This document shows, piece by piece, positions 11,124-21,427 of a stretch of DNA of 64,000 bases. A program made the translations under genes and the position numbers. How positions within the stretch are numbered: position 1 is the stretch's first letter; the number at the start of each line of letters is the position of its first letter. Source of the DNA: Gammaproteobacteria bacterium (GTDB lineage Bacteria > Pseudomonadota > Gammaproteobacteria > UBA4575); NCBI GenBank assembly GCA_965243395.1, contig CBDEUS010000001.1, forward strand, positions 992,001-1,056,000, read 5' to 3'. The notes beneath the pieces were generated by a model that was given only the letters and a program-made list of their open reading frames with translations, had not been told where the DNA came from and ran no database searches.

Positions 11124-11348
11124 TTAAGTGTTCTGAGTTTTATTAAAATATTCTAGAAATTCTGCTTTCGATATTTTGATATCTGTAACTTCAATTCCTT
11201 TAATTTCGCTCTCTTGTGGGGCACGACGATTCTCGATAACAATATTGCCCTGTAAATCTTCTAGTGGAAATTCATTGTTTTGAACTGCGGAACGCCTTTC
11301 ACGTCGTAGCCGTACATTTGCAGAACTTTCAATCGTTCTATATTTCAT
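11124..11348 (-). CDS. Arg-rich microprotein (ERR/NRR motifs), paralog B
   Basis: Shares the RR-x7-FP-x5-G-x2-V-x3-RR...I.V...F...F pattern with paralog A. Confidence 0.7.
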   Translation of the reverse strand: MKYRTIESSANVRLRRERRSAVQNNEFPLEDLQGNIVIENRRAPQESEIKGIEVTDIKISKAEFLEYFNKTQNT

Positions 11349-11385
11349 AACACTAGCCTTTATTATTTTTATTATTGTAATGAGT

Positions 11386-11428
11386 ACCTTACGTCAGCAA
11401 GCTCACTTAAAGTGTGACACAATTCTCA
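11386..11428 (-). promoter_or_regulatory. CRP/FNR-family box with class II -10 element
   Basis: TGTGA-cacaat-TCTCA (11413-11428); on the minus strand TAAGGT (11391-11386) lies 21 nt away, the canonical -41.5 geometry. Confidence 0.6.
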
Positions 11429-11479
11429 CAAAAAACAATGATGATTTATTGCTATGGGCTGCTCGTAAATTGACCAAAT

Positions 11480-11510
11480 AAAAAAAGGCCTCTCAATTGA
11501 GAGGCCTTTT
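11480..11510 (-). terminator. Rho-independent terminator (possibly bidirectional)
   Basis: aaaaggcctctc-aatt-gagaggcctttt with a T7 run on the minus strand, after the yccA operon. Confidence 0.85.
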
Positions 11511-11529
11511 AGTCAAATAAATCATGGCC

Positions 11530-11712
11530 TTAACGAGCGACGATAAGCATTAATACCGCCACAAAGGCTATGACCATCGAAATAGGGAAAAGAAAAGCTA
11601 GCCAATCTCCTTTTTCAGCTTTTGGGCTATTTTTTAACCAATACCTCCAAGCCGGGTAAATGCCTATGATTAGAAAAATTGTAAATGCAATATAAACCCA
11701 TTTCATATCCAT
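11530..11712 (-). CDS. Small 2-TM membrane protein
   Basis: 60 aa, TM-(KNSPKAEKGDW)-TM; starts 8 nt downstream of yccA. Confidence 0.7.
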   Translation of the reverse strand: MDMKWVYIAFTIFLIIGIYPAWRYWLKNSPKAEKGDWLAFLFPISMVIAFVAVLMLIVAR

Positions 11713-11720
11713 TGAAAAAC

Positions 11721-12389
11721 TTACTCGTTCGCAAAACCAAGCAAATGTAAAAGCGATGAAAAAATATTGAAAATACTTAAGAAAATATGTGCAGTTGCAA
11801 AAAGATAATTATCCTCTTCACCGCTAACAATTCTGCTTGTATCAAACAAAATAAACCCGCTAAATACGAATATTACTGCAGCATTTATCGCAAGCCAAAG
11901 TCCTGAAACTTCAAATAATAAGGCAGCAAGAATTGCCATTAAAATAATCATTACACCGGTATATAGAAAACCACCCAGAAAGCTAAAGTTTCGACCAGTA
12001 GTTAACGAATAACCAGAAAGTCCAAGGAATATAACTGCCGTTCCTCCCATTGAAGTGGCGATTAATTCTCCGCCATTAGACATACTAAGGTAATGATTGA
12101 GGATAGGACCTAAGCTAAATCCCAGTAAACCAGTGAAAGCAAATACCACAAATATTCCTGCTGTAGATCGGGCAGTACGTGGTAATACAAACCATAGCAA
12201 GGCTATCGCAGCGACAGCACAGGCAAAACCTGCGCCTCTGCCAACACCAAGCATTGTAGATGCCATTGCCATTACAGCACTGAATATCAGTGTCAAAGAC
12301 AGCAATGCATAAGTATTGCGTAGCACTTTATTGGTTGATAAAGCGCTTTCGCGTGCTATTTGTTTAGTAGAAAATTGAGAATCACTCAT
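11721..12389 (-). CDS. yccA: Bax inhibitor-1/YccA family membrane protein
   Basis: NKVLRNTYALL, 7 TM, FDTSRI, NIFSSLLHLLG; next to tRNA-Ser. Confidence 0.92.
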   Translation of the reverse strand: MSDSQFSTKQIARESALSTNKVLRNTYALLSLTLIFSAVMAMASTMLGVGRGAGFACAVAAIALLWFVLPRTARSTAGIFVVFAFTGLLGFSLGPILNHYLSMSNGGELIATSMGGTAVIFLGLSGYSLTTGRNFSFLGGFLYTGVMIILMAILAALLFEVSGLWLAINAAVIFVFSGFILFDTSRIVSGEEDNYLFATAHIFLSIFNIFSSLLHLLGFANE

Positions 12390-12481
12390 GGAAGACCTTT
12401 CTCCTATTTACAATTTATAGATACTATAGTTATTAACATAATGGTATTTTTGCCTAATTCAAGCCCAGATACTCTATATAT

Positions 12482-12508
12482 TTAGACACTTCAAGGTATA
12501 GCAGTTCC
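12482..12508 (-). promoter_or_regulatory. Candidate sigmaE (RpoE/AlgU) promoter for yccA
   Basis: Minus strand GGAACT-16 nt-TCTAA, close to the sigmaE consensus. Confidence 0.55.
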
Positions 12509-12541
12509 CCACACCCTTCGGGTATGCTTGCCTGCTAATTT

Positions 12542-12631
12542 GGAGAGGTGGCAGAGTGGTCGAATGCGGTGGTCTTGAAAACCATTGACGGTGTGAGCCG
12601 TCCGGGGGTTCGAATCCCTCCCTCTCCGCCA
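12542..12631 (+). tRNA. tRNA-Ser (anticodon UGA)
   Basis: GGAGAGG/CCTCTCC acceptor stem, anticodon loop CT-TGA-AA, long variable arm, GTTCGAATC, encoded CCA. Confidence 0.97.
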
Positions 12632-12638
12632 GATACAT

Positions 12639-12669
12639 AAAAAAACCTCTTCATTTAAGGGGTTTTTTT
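12639..12669. terminator. Bidirectional terminator between tRNA-Ser and yajQ
   Basis: aaaaaaacctctt-cattt-aaggggttttttt. Confidence 0.75.
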
Positions 12670-12713
12670 GTTTTATTTCATATAGATATGAAATAAATTT
12701 AATTTAAATTCAC

Positions 12714-13196
12714 TTAGTCGCGAAAGTTATCAAATTGTAATGGAATACCGAGTTTTGCTTCTTTCAGCATTCCCATTACAGCCTGCAAATCATCCCGCTT
12801 TTTTCCCGTTACTCTAAGCTTTTCGCCTTGAATTGCTGACTGAACTTTTAGTTTAGAGTCTTTAATCAATTTGACCATTTTTTTCGCTGTTTCTTTATCA
12901 ATTCCTTGTTTGAGTAGAATCGCCTGGCGTGCACGCATGTTAGCCTCTTCAACTTTGCCACGCTCTAAGCACAATACATCAATTCCTCGTTTAGCCATTT
13001 TAGTTATTAAAATATCGTAAATTTGATCAAGCTGAAATTCAGATTCACCTTCAATGCGCAAACTATCACCTTCCTGCGAAACTTTAGCGTCTGATCCTTT
13101 AAAATCGTATCGGTTGGAAATTTCACGATTGGCTTGGTCTATGGCATTACTAAGTTCATGAGAATCTACTTCAGAAACCGTATCAAATGAAGGCAT
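12714..13196 (-). CDS. yajQ: YajQ family nucleotide/c-di-GMP-binding protein
   Basis: MPSFDTVSEVD, RYDFKGS, RVTGKKRDDLQ, QFDNFRD. Confidence 0.96.
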   Translation of the reverse strand: MPSFDTVSEVDSHELSNAIDQANREISNRYDFKGSDAKVSQEGDSLRIEGESEFQLDQIYDILITKMAKRGIDVLCLERGKVEEANMRARQAILLKQGIDKETAKKMVKLIKDSKLKVQSAIQGEKLRVTGKKRDDLQAVMGMLKEAKLGIPLQFDNFRD

Positions 13197-13241
13197 GGTG
13201 AAACTCTCCTATGCGAATACTTTTTCAGGCAAAATTATATT

Positions 13242-13616
13242 ATGTCTAGATTAGCGATCCTTCTTGGAGCTGGCAATGCAGTCCTTGCCATTCTTATCGG
13301 TGCATTTGCAGCACATGCCATAGAAAACAAATTAAGTGCACGTATGCAGGAAATATTTAATACGGCTGCTGACTACCATTTATATCATGCTTTAGGGCTA
13401 ATACTGATCGGAGTATTAATTCATCAAATTCCATCTAATAAGTTTTTAACCGCTGCAACTTACTTAATGCTATTTGCGATCGTTGTATTCTGTGGCAGTC
13501 TTTATGCACTTAGTTTGAGCGGTATTACAAAGTTTGGGATGATCACTCCTATAGGAGGACTAGGCTTTATAGCAGCATGGCTTTGTGTATTTATGGCATT
13601 CATTAAGCGGCCGTAA
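13242..13616 (+). CDS. DUF423 (YgdD/TMEM256) membrane protein
   Basis: GAFAAH, YHLYHAL, FCGSLY, ITPIGG. Confidence 0.92.
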   Translation: MSRLAILLGAGNAVLAILIGAFAAHAIENKLSARMQEIFNTAADYHLYHALGLILIGVLIHQIPSNKFLTAATYLMLFAIVVFCGSLYALSLSGITKFGMITPIGGLGFIAAWLCVFMAFIKRP

Positions 13617-13628
13617 ATTTAGGTAATA

Positions 13629-14159
13629 TTAAAATAGTCTTTCTTGTCCTTTATCAGAAACTGAATTTTGCTGACAAACTTCAACTTTGTCCCCAACATT
13701 AATGATTCCACCTTTTTTAACAATGGCGTTCACTCCCCCATGGAGCCGCATTGCATTGTAAGCGCCATACCCTAGTGCTTTTTCCATCTTTGCACAGGGT
13801 GCACAATTACCAGTAACCTCGAGCACAACATCATTAATCTTTAGGCTATGCCGAAGTAGTATGCTGAGGCTTATTTTAGAAACAACAACGTTTCGCCTTA
13901 AAGTTGCAGGAGAAATGCTTTTATTCAGCAACGACTCCATGACGTGAATATATTCTCTCTGAATTATGGTTACTTGCCGTTTACTGCCCAATTTTAGGGC
14001 AGCTTTATCACCCACTAATCCATGCCCCGCCAAAAGTTCTGCGCTTTCAACTTCTATGATTTCGCTGTTTCTCTGAGGCCTTAATCCAATCCATTCGATC
14101 TGACCTGGCTGTGTGAAATGCGTTTTTAACTCGCTAATAGTCGCCATAATCTTTTCCAT
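13629..14159 (-). CDS. MOSC domain protein
   Basis: GLVGD, RQVT, LRRNVVV, CAPCAKME, GGIINVGD. Confidence 0.9.
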   Translation of the reverse strand: MEKIMATISELKTHFTQPGQIEWIGLRPQRNSEIIEVESAELLAGHGLVGDKAALKLGSKRQVTIIQREYIHVMESLLNKSISPATLRRNVVVSKISLSILLRHSLKINDVVLEVTGNCAPCAKMEKALGYGAYNAMRLHGGVNAIVKKGGIINVGDKVEVCQQNSVSDKGQERLF

Positions 14160-14269
14160 GTGAGTAAAGAAAAACTACTTCTAAATATATGTGATTAAAA
14201 GTATAAAAAACCATGATCTCACTGCGAATCAAGTAGTTGCGTTTTGCAAATGAAATTATATACTTGTGA

Positions 14270-14395
14270 AAGCTGTAGCTGTGCTAGACTTCAAAGACTG
14301 GGTTTAATGGCATAACCCGAAACCGAGTCCCCAAACCTACGTTATTAATTTAATGTAGGTCCCGAAGCCAGCGTGCCCCAACCCACGCTGGCTTT

Positions 14396-14398
<3 letters not shown>
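14270..14398 (+). ncRNA. Candidate small RNA (three stem-loops, C-rich motifs)
   Basis: Promoter TTGCGT-16-TATACT (14237-14264); three hairpins; U-tract on the + strand although both flanking genes are on the - strand. Confidence 0.55.
14365..14398 (+). terminator. Rho-independent terminator, + strand orientation
   Basis: aagccagcgtg-ccccaacc-cacgctggcTTTTT. Confidence 0.8.
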
Positions 14399-15688
<1,290 letters not shown>

Positions 15689-15692
15689 TTAT

Positions 15693-16064
15693 CTACAAAA
15701 CCCGCGCAAACATCATGCCCAGGAAACATGCAAAAATGCATAAAAATACGCTGAGAAATGCATTAGCAAATGCGCTCACGATACTACCCTGTTGTAACAA
15801 GCTCAGTGTTTCTAATGAAAAAGTAGAAAAGGTAGTAAAGCCTCCAAGAAAACCTACTAATATAGTAAGCCGGAGTTCTTCAGATACGGTAACGCGTTCT
15901 AATAATATAAAAGACAAAAAGCCAATTAATAAAGACCCCACTACATTTACCAGCAAAGTGCCATAAGGAAAAGAATCGCCAAACCATTGAACAGAATGAG
16001 TCTGTATTAAATAGCGCATGAGTGTACCAATGGCTCCACCTATCGCCACACCTGCGAGAATCAA
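15693..16064 (-). CDS. crcB: Fluoride channel Fluc/CrcB
   Basis: GGAIG..MRY, FPYGTLLVN, GFLGGFTTFSTF. Confidence 0.96.
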   Translation of the reverse strand: MILAGVAIGGAIGTLMRYLIQTHSVQWFGDSFPYGTLLVNVVGSLLIGFLSFILLERVTVSEELRLTILVGFLGGFTTFSTFSLETLSLLQQGSIVSAFANAFLSVFLCIFACFLGMMFARVL

Positions 16065-16178
16065 ATTTTACCTTCCTTTTTTACTGATCAATTAAGCATG
16101 TATTCTGACGCGCATAGTACCAATCAATGCTATATTGCGATACATAGAAATGGTAATTGAATAATAATCACCAAAAAA

Positions 16179-17645
16179 ATGTCCGACTCAATCTCTACAT
16201 CCGACCTTACACGCGAATTTTGTAAAATTCTCCCAAGAACTTCTGTTTTAGATAGAGAAGAACAACTTAAGCCATATGAGTGTGATGCATTAACCGCATA
16301 TAGACAATTACCACGCTTAGCATTGTTGCCTAGCACTAATGAAGAAATTCAAAAAATCGTAAACATTTGCAGGCAATATGAAATTCCTATCGTGGCTCGT
16401 GGAGCAGGAACAAGTTTATCCGGCGGTGCCTTACCACATTCTGATGGCATTCTTCTCAATCTTGCCAAACTCAATAACGTTCTTGAAATAGATCCTCACA
16501 ATCGCACAGCTACGGTACAGCCGGGAGTGCGAAATCTGGCTATTTCAGAAGCTGCTAAACCTTACGGCTTGTACTATGCGCCAGATCCGTCCTCACAAAT
16601 TGCCTGTACAATCGGGGGTAACATTGCAGAAAATTCAGGTGGAGTTCACTGTCTTAAGTATGGTCTTACCGTACATAATATTTTGGCACTTAAAATTTTA
16701 ACAATAGAGGGAGAAATTTTAGATATAGGGGGGAAAAATTTAGATTCTTCTGGATTTAATTTGCTTTCATTGATGACAGGTTCAGAAGGCATGTTAGGGA
16801 TCACACTTGAAGCAACTGTAAGACTTTTACCCCACCCGCATGATCGAAAAGTAATGCTAGCCGCTTTTGATCAAATCCAAAATGCAGGAGATGCTGTGAA
16901 TGGAATTATTTCCAATGGTGTTATTCCTGCGGGTCTGGAAATGCTAGATCATCTAACGATTCAAGCCACTGAAATGTATTGTAGTCCGGGCTATCCGCCT
17001 AATGCTGCTGCTATTTTAATATGTGAACTCGATGGGTATGACGAAGAACTTGAATCTCAAGTAAAACAAGTTTCCGATATTTTATATTCACATCAAGCGA
17101 TTGAAGTACGTACCGCAAAAAATGAACAAGAAGCGGAGTTACTCTGGTTAGGCCGCAAAGCTTCATTCCCTGCTCTAGGTAATTTAACACCTGATTACTA
17201 TTGTATGGATGGAACCATTCCCAGAAAACATCTGGCCTTTGTCTTGGAGAAGATTAATAAACTTTCTGTCAAACATGGACTACGTGTTGCAAATGTATTT
17301 CATGCAGGTGATGGTAATTTACATCCGGTGATTTTATACGATGCAAATATCCCAGGTGAATTAGAAACTGCTGAAAAACTAGGTGGAGAGATTTTAGAAC
17401 TATGTGTAGAAGTTGGTGGAACTATTACTGGTGAACACGGTGTAGGAGTGGAAAAACTTAATCAGATGTGTGTGCAGTTTTCAAAAGCAGAACTCGAAAC
17501 TTTTCATGCCATTAAATATGCGTTAGATGGAAAACAACTTTTAAACCCAGGAAAAGCCGTTCCGACCTTGCATCGTTGCGCAGAATTTGGTGCTATGCAT
17601 GTGCACCATGGAAAGCTACCTCACCCTGAACTTCCACGATTTTAA
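16179..17645 (+). CDS. glcD: Glycolate dehydrogenase FAD subunit
   Basis: RGAGTSLSGG, APDPSSQIAC, HAGDGNLHP, EHGVG, C-terminal HRCAEFG..HVH..LPRF. Confidence 0.95.
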   Translation: MSDSISTSDLTREFCKILPRTSVLDREEQLKPYECDALTAYRQLPRLALLPSTNEEIQKIVNICRQYEIPIVARGAGTSLSGGALPHSDGILLNLAKLNNVLEIDPHNRTATVQPGVRNLAISEAAKPYGLYYAPDPSSQIACTIGGNIAENSGGVHCLKYGLTVHNILALKILTIEGEILDIGGKNLDSSGFNLLSLMTGSEGMLGITLEATVRLLPHPHDRKVMLAAFDQIQNAGDAVNGIISNGVIPAGLEMLDHLTIQATEMYCSPGYPPNAAAILICELDGYDEELESQVKQVSDILYSHQAIEVRTAKNEQEAELLWLGRKASFPALGNLTPDYYCMDGTIPRKHLAFVLEKINKLSVKHGLRVANVFHAGDGNLHPVILYDANIPGELETAEKLGGEILELCVEVGGTITGEHGVGVEKLNQMCVQFSKAELETFHAIKYALDGKQLLNPGKAVPTLHRCAEFGAMHVHHGKLPHPELPRF

Positions 17646-17655
17646 TAATTAAAGC

Positions 17656-18711
17656 ATGAATGATTGTGCACAAGAGATCGCGGATAAGATAAAACACTCT
17701 TATCAACAAAAACAACCACTAGAAATAACTGCCGGTTCAACAAAACAGTTTTACGGTAGAAAAATTAATGCCCAGCTATTGAATGTGAAAAATCACTCAG
17801 GTGTCACTGAATATGAACCTTCGGAGCTTTATATAACAGCTCACTGTGGTACATCTTTAGATGAGATAGAGCGAGTAATTGAAAATAAAAATCAAATATT
17901 ACCGTTTGAACCTCCCAATTTTGGTCCTTCTGCAACAATTGGTGGTACGGTAGCATGCGGCCTTTCTGGTCCCAGGCGTGCGTATAGCGGCAATGTAAGT
18001 GATTGCATACTAGGTGCAGAGGTAATAAATGGGAAAGGCGAGCAATTACATTTTGGTGGCAGAGTCATGAAAAATGTTGCTGGGTATGATGTGTCAAGGT
18101 TAATGTGCGGAGCTCTTGGCACATTGGGTGTACTAACATCAATCACTCTGCGTCTTTTGCCCAAACCGGAAAATGAACAAACCGTTGCATTTAATATGAG
18201 TAGCACTGAAGCTATCAAGAAAATGAATCAATGGGCAAACACGCCATTACCCATATCAGCAACTTTGCATAATGCAGATAGTCTGTATGTGCGATTGTCA
18301 GGATCACATTCGACAATTAAATCAAGTGCCAGCGAAATGCAGGGTGAATTTATCGAAAATAGTGAAACATTTTGGGAAATGATCAAAGAGCATAAACATT
18401 CATTTTTTAATTCAGACTTACCCTTATGGCGAATATCCGTACCACCAAGTACTCCTGAACTAAATATTCAAGGAGAATGCGTTATGGAGTGGAACGGAGC
18501 TTTGAGATGGTATGCAACTGAAGTGAATGAAAACGTTATCCGTACCGAGGTTGAACGTATTGGTGGGCACGCTACTTTATTTAAAGGGGATTGCACACAA
18601 AATATTTTTCATCCTTTATCTAATGTATCTATGAAATTTCATAAACATCTCAAACAAGTGATGGACCCCGGTCGTATTTTAAATCCAGGCAAAATGTTTG
18701 CCGAATTATAA
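17656..18711 (+). CDS. glcE: Glycolate dehydrogenase FAD-binding subunit
   Basis: YEPSEL, GLSGPRR, GGRVMKNVAGYDVSRL, EWNGALRW. Confidence 0.94.
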   Translation: MNDCAQEIADKIKHSYQQKQPLEITAGSTKQFYGRKINAQLLNVKNHSGVTEYEPSELYITAHCGTSLDEIERVIENKNQILPFEPPNFGPSATIGGTVACGLSGPRRAYSGNVSDCILGAEVINGKGEQLHFGGRVMKNVAGYDVSRLMCGALGTLGVLTSITLRLLPKPENEQTVAFNMSSTEAIKKMNQWANTPLPISATLHNADSLYVRLSGSHSTIKSSASEMQGEFIENSETFWEMIKEHKHSFFNSDLPLWRISVPPSTPELNIQGECVMEWNGALRWYATEVNENVIRTEVERIGGHATLFKGDCTQNIFHPLSNVSMKFHKHLKQVMDPGRILNPGKMFAEL

Positions 18712-18730
18712 AATATATTTATTTATAATC

Positions 18731-19960
18731 ATGCAAACTTCTTTTTCTTCAGATTTTATTAAATCTAAAGACGGTGAACGCGTGAATGAGATATTACGCA
18801 ATTGCGTACACTGTGGATTCTGTAATGCAACCTGCCCTACCTACCAACTAACAGGCGATGAATTAGACGGACCACGCGGGCGTATCTATTTAATTAAAAA
18901 CTTCTTTGAAGATCAATCCAAAGAAGATGATGAATCTTCATCTAATTATAACGTTGGTTTAAAGCATATTGATCGGTGTCTAACTTGTTTATCCTGCGAA
19001 ACCACTTGTCCATCTGGTGTGAAATATGGGGAATTAGTCGACATTGGTCGAAAACATATTAACTCAAGCGTAAAACGCAGTTTTCTAGACAAAATAAAAC
19101 GAAAATTAATAATTCAGTGGCTTTCAAGTCCTAAAAAGAGTTCTTTTGTATTTGCATTAGCCAGAATAGCAAAACCCTTTATGCCGATACGACTGGCACA
19201 AAAAATCCCTGCTAATACGAAACTAAAAAATGATCAAAAATCGACTTGTATAAACCCTAAAAAACGCACTTTAACCATTAAAGGCTGCGTCCAAGCAGTT
19301 GCGGCTCCTCAAATTAACCAAGCAGCAAAGATAGCCTTGGCCAACTCTGAAATTCAATGTGATGACTCACGAAGTGAATGTTGTGGAGCACTCGCATTCC
19401 ATTTGACGGACTTGAATAAAGCCTATGCAACAATACGAAAGAATATTGATGAATGGTATGTAAAATTAAATGATGACTACGAATATTTAGTAATAACTTC
19501 AAGTGGTTGCAGTAATTTTATAAAGCAATATATTACTATCATGCAAGATGATTCTAATTACGCAGATAAAGCAAAGTTCATCTCAGAACACTGTCTAGAT
19601 CTGGCTGAGCTTGCACCTGAATTAAATCTATCGAAAGCGGATGCAGAAAATAAACTTATCGCATTCCATAGTCCTTGTACGCTGCAACATGGACAAAATA
19701 TAAAAGATGGAATTGAAAATAAACTCGTTGAAGCTGGATATCATTTAACAGGGGTCCAGAATTCACATATATGTTGTGGCTCGGCAGGCAGTTATTCATT
19801 GCTTGAACCTGAATTATCCGCCCAGCTTCTCAAAAACAAAGTGGCTGAATTAGAAAGTAATCAACCTGACATGATTGTAACTGCCAATATAGGCTGTCTT
19901 ATGCATCTTCAATCAGCATCAAGGGTACCTGTTAAACACTGGGCAGAATTGCTCGATTAA
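18731..19960 (+). CDS. glcF: Glycolate dehydrogenase Fe-S subunit
   Basis: CVHCGFCNATCP and CLTCLSCETTCP, two CCG domains; likely start ATG 18731 (MQT). Confidence 0.94.
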   Translation: MQTSFSSDFIKSKDGERVNEILRNCVHCGFCNATCPTYQLTGDELDGPRGRIYLIKNFFEDQSKEDDESSSNYNVGLKHIDRCLTCLSCETTCPSGVKYGELVDIGRKHINSSVKRSFLDKIKRKLIIQWLSSPKKSSFVFALARIAKPFMPIRLAQKIPANTKLKNDQKSTCINPKKRTLTIKGCVQAVAAPQINQAAKIALANSEIQCDDSRSECCGALAFHLTDLNKAYATIRKNIDEWYVKLNDDYEYLVITSSGCSNFIKQYITIMQDDSNYADKAKFISEHCLDLAELAPELNLSKADAENKLIAFHSPCTLQHGQNIKDGIENKLVEAGYHLTGVQNSHICCGSAGSYSLLEPELSAQLLKNKVAELESNQPDMIVTANIGCLMHLQSASRVPVKHWAELLD

Positions 19961-19984
19961 TAAGAACATTTCAGTTTAGTACTT

Positions 19985-21184
19985 ATGGATACAGAGCTAA
20001 TAAATCTGAGCATATCTTCTTCAGAATCTATTATTTTTTCCATATTTATAATTTTTACCAGTGCAGCAATTTTGGCGACTATTGCTTTATTTGCTCGCCA
20101 AGCACTACTGGTTGCCTATATTGCTGTAGGTATTTTATTGGGACCTTCAGTTTTAAATTTTGTACCTGATACAGAATTTTCCCGCCAAATTGCAAAAGTT
20201 GGAATCATGTTTTTATTGTTTTTGTTAGGTTTAAATTTACACCCCCAAAAACTTATTGCATCGATCAAACAATCCACATTAATTACTTTATTTGCTTCAT
20301 TAGTTTTTGCATTTATAGGCTTTATAGCAGCTTGGCTTTTAGAATTATCTCGCATAGATCAACTAGTCATTGCAGGTGCTTTTATGTTTTCAAGCACTAT
20401 TATCGGGCTAAAACTATTACCCACCACCGTATTACACCATCAGCATGTGGGTGAGATCATAATCAGTATTCTGTTACTTCAAGATATCTTGGCGATAATT
20501 CTTTTATTATTAATTGAAACACAAGGCACAAACGCTAATACTCTGTATGCTCTAGGAAAACTTTCTCTTGCATTACCTGGCCTCATAGCGTTTGCATTTA
20601 TTGTTGAACGTTTCATTATCATTAAACTGATGAGCAAATTCGATAAGATCAAAGAATATATTTTCTTGCTCGCAATTGGTTGGTGTTTAGGTATTGCAGA
20701 ACTTGCCCACTATATAGGCCTCTCTCATGAAACAGGCGCATTTATAGCTGGAGTATCTATAGCAGTTGGCCCTATTTCATTTTATATCTCTGAAAGTTTA
20801 AAACCTATTCGTGACTTCTTTTTGGTTATTTTCTTTTTTTCATTGGGCGCAAGCCTAGATATAGGACTTGCTTGGGAACTACTCATACCAGCAACTATTA
20901 CGGCTATAATTTTACTTCTTATCAAACCCTATGTATTTAAGTTTCTAATTTATAAAAGTGGTGAATCAAATGAAGATTCAAAAGAAATCGGTGTGCGCTT
21001 AGGTCAGTTAAGTGAATTTTCATTACTCTTGGGATTTGTTGCCTTAAGTGCGGGCATCATCTCATTAAAAGCCGCTAATTTTATTCAAGTTTGTACAATT
21101 GTAAGCTTTATTCTCTCAACATATTTAATCGTCTTAAAATATCCAACACCTATAGCAATCTCGGATAAATTAAGAAGAGATTAA
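19985..21184 (+). CDS. CPA2 cation:proton antiporter (KefB-like, no KTN domain)
   Basis: FLLFLLGL, FSST, ILLLQD, GAFIAG, GQLSEF. Confidence 0.88.
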   Translation: MDTELINLSISSSESIIFSIFIIFTSAAILATIALFARQALLVAYIAVGILLGPSVLNFVPDTEFSRQIAKVGIMFLLFLLGLNLHPQKLIASIKQSTLITLFASLVFAFIGFIAAWLLELSRIDQLVIAGAFMFSSTIIGLKLLPTTVLHHQHVGEIIISILLLQDILAIILLLLIETQGTNANTLYALGKLSLALPGLIAFAFIVERFIIIKLMSKFDKIKEYIFLLAIGWCLGIAELAHYIGLSHETGAFIAGVSIAVGPISFYISESLKPIRDFFLVIFFFSLGASLDIGLAWELLIPATITAIILLLIKPYVFKFLIYKSGESNEDSKEIGVRLGQLSEFSLLLGFVALSAGIISLKAANFIQVCTIVSFILSTYLIVLKYPTPIAISDKLRRD

Positions 21185-21262
21185 TTCCAATATAATTCAC
21201 TTAATATTTATAGTGATAAATACTTCTAAAATACAATTCATACTCGGGATTATTAATATTCA

Positions 21263-21290
21263 TTGACTCGCATAAGCTCCGGCGTATACT
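21263..21290 (+). promoter_or_regulatory. Candidate sigma70 promoter of the amide ABC operon
   Basis: TTGACT-16 bp-TATACT, about 140 nt upstream of the AGGAGG RBS. Confidence 0.55.
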
Positions 21291-21427
21291 CATATATAGA
21301 TTGCATTTATATGCCTATGTAATCTTTTAAGAATACGTATCGCTCCTACAAAGCTCGATTGGATATCGCAACGATATTTATGTGTGGGGAAACTGATTCT
21401 TAAATAATAAAAATTAGGAGGTTAATC

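Noticed and set aside
12542-12713. tRNA-Ser as an island integration site
   Set aside because: No integrase and no repeated tRNA 3' end seen; followed directly by a terminator and yajQ
14160-14395. Moco or c-di-GMP riboswitch leading the MOSC gene
   Set aside because: No recognisable consensus; promoter and U-tract point to a + strand RNA instead
16065-16178. Fluoride riboswitch upstream of crcB
   Set aside because: No GGCGAUGG...UAAUGA-type consensus on the minus strand; the gap is short and shared with divergent glcD
21291-21427. ANTAR/AmiR antiterminator in the amide operon leader
   Set aside because: Only one small hairpin (atatcg-caa-cgatat); no paired hexaloop stems, no terminator, no ANTAR gene in the window
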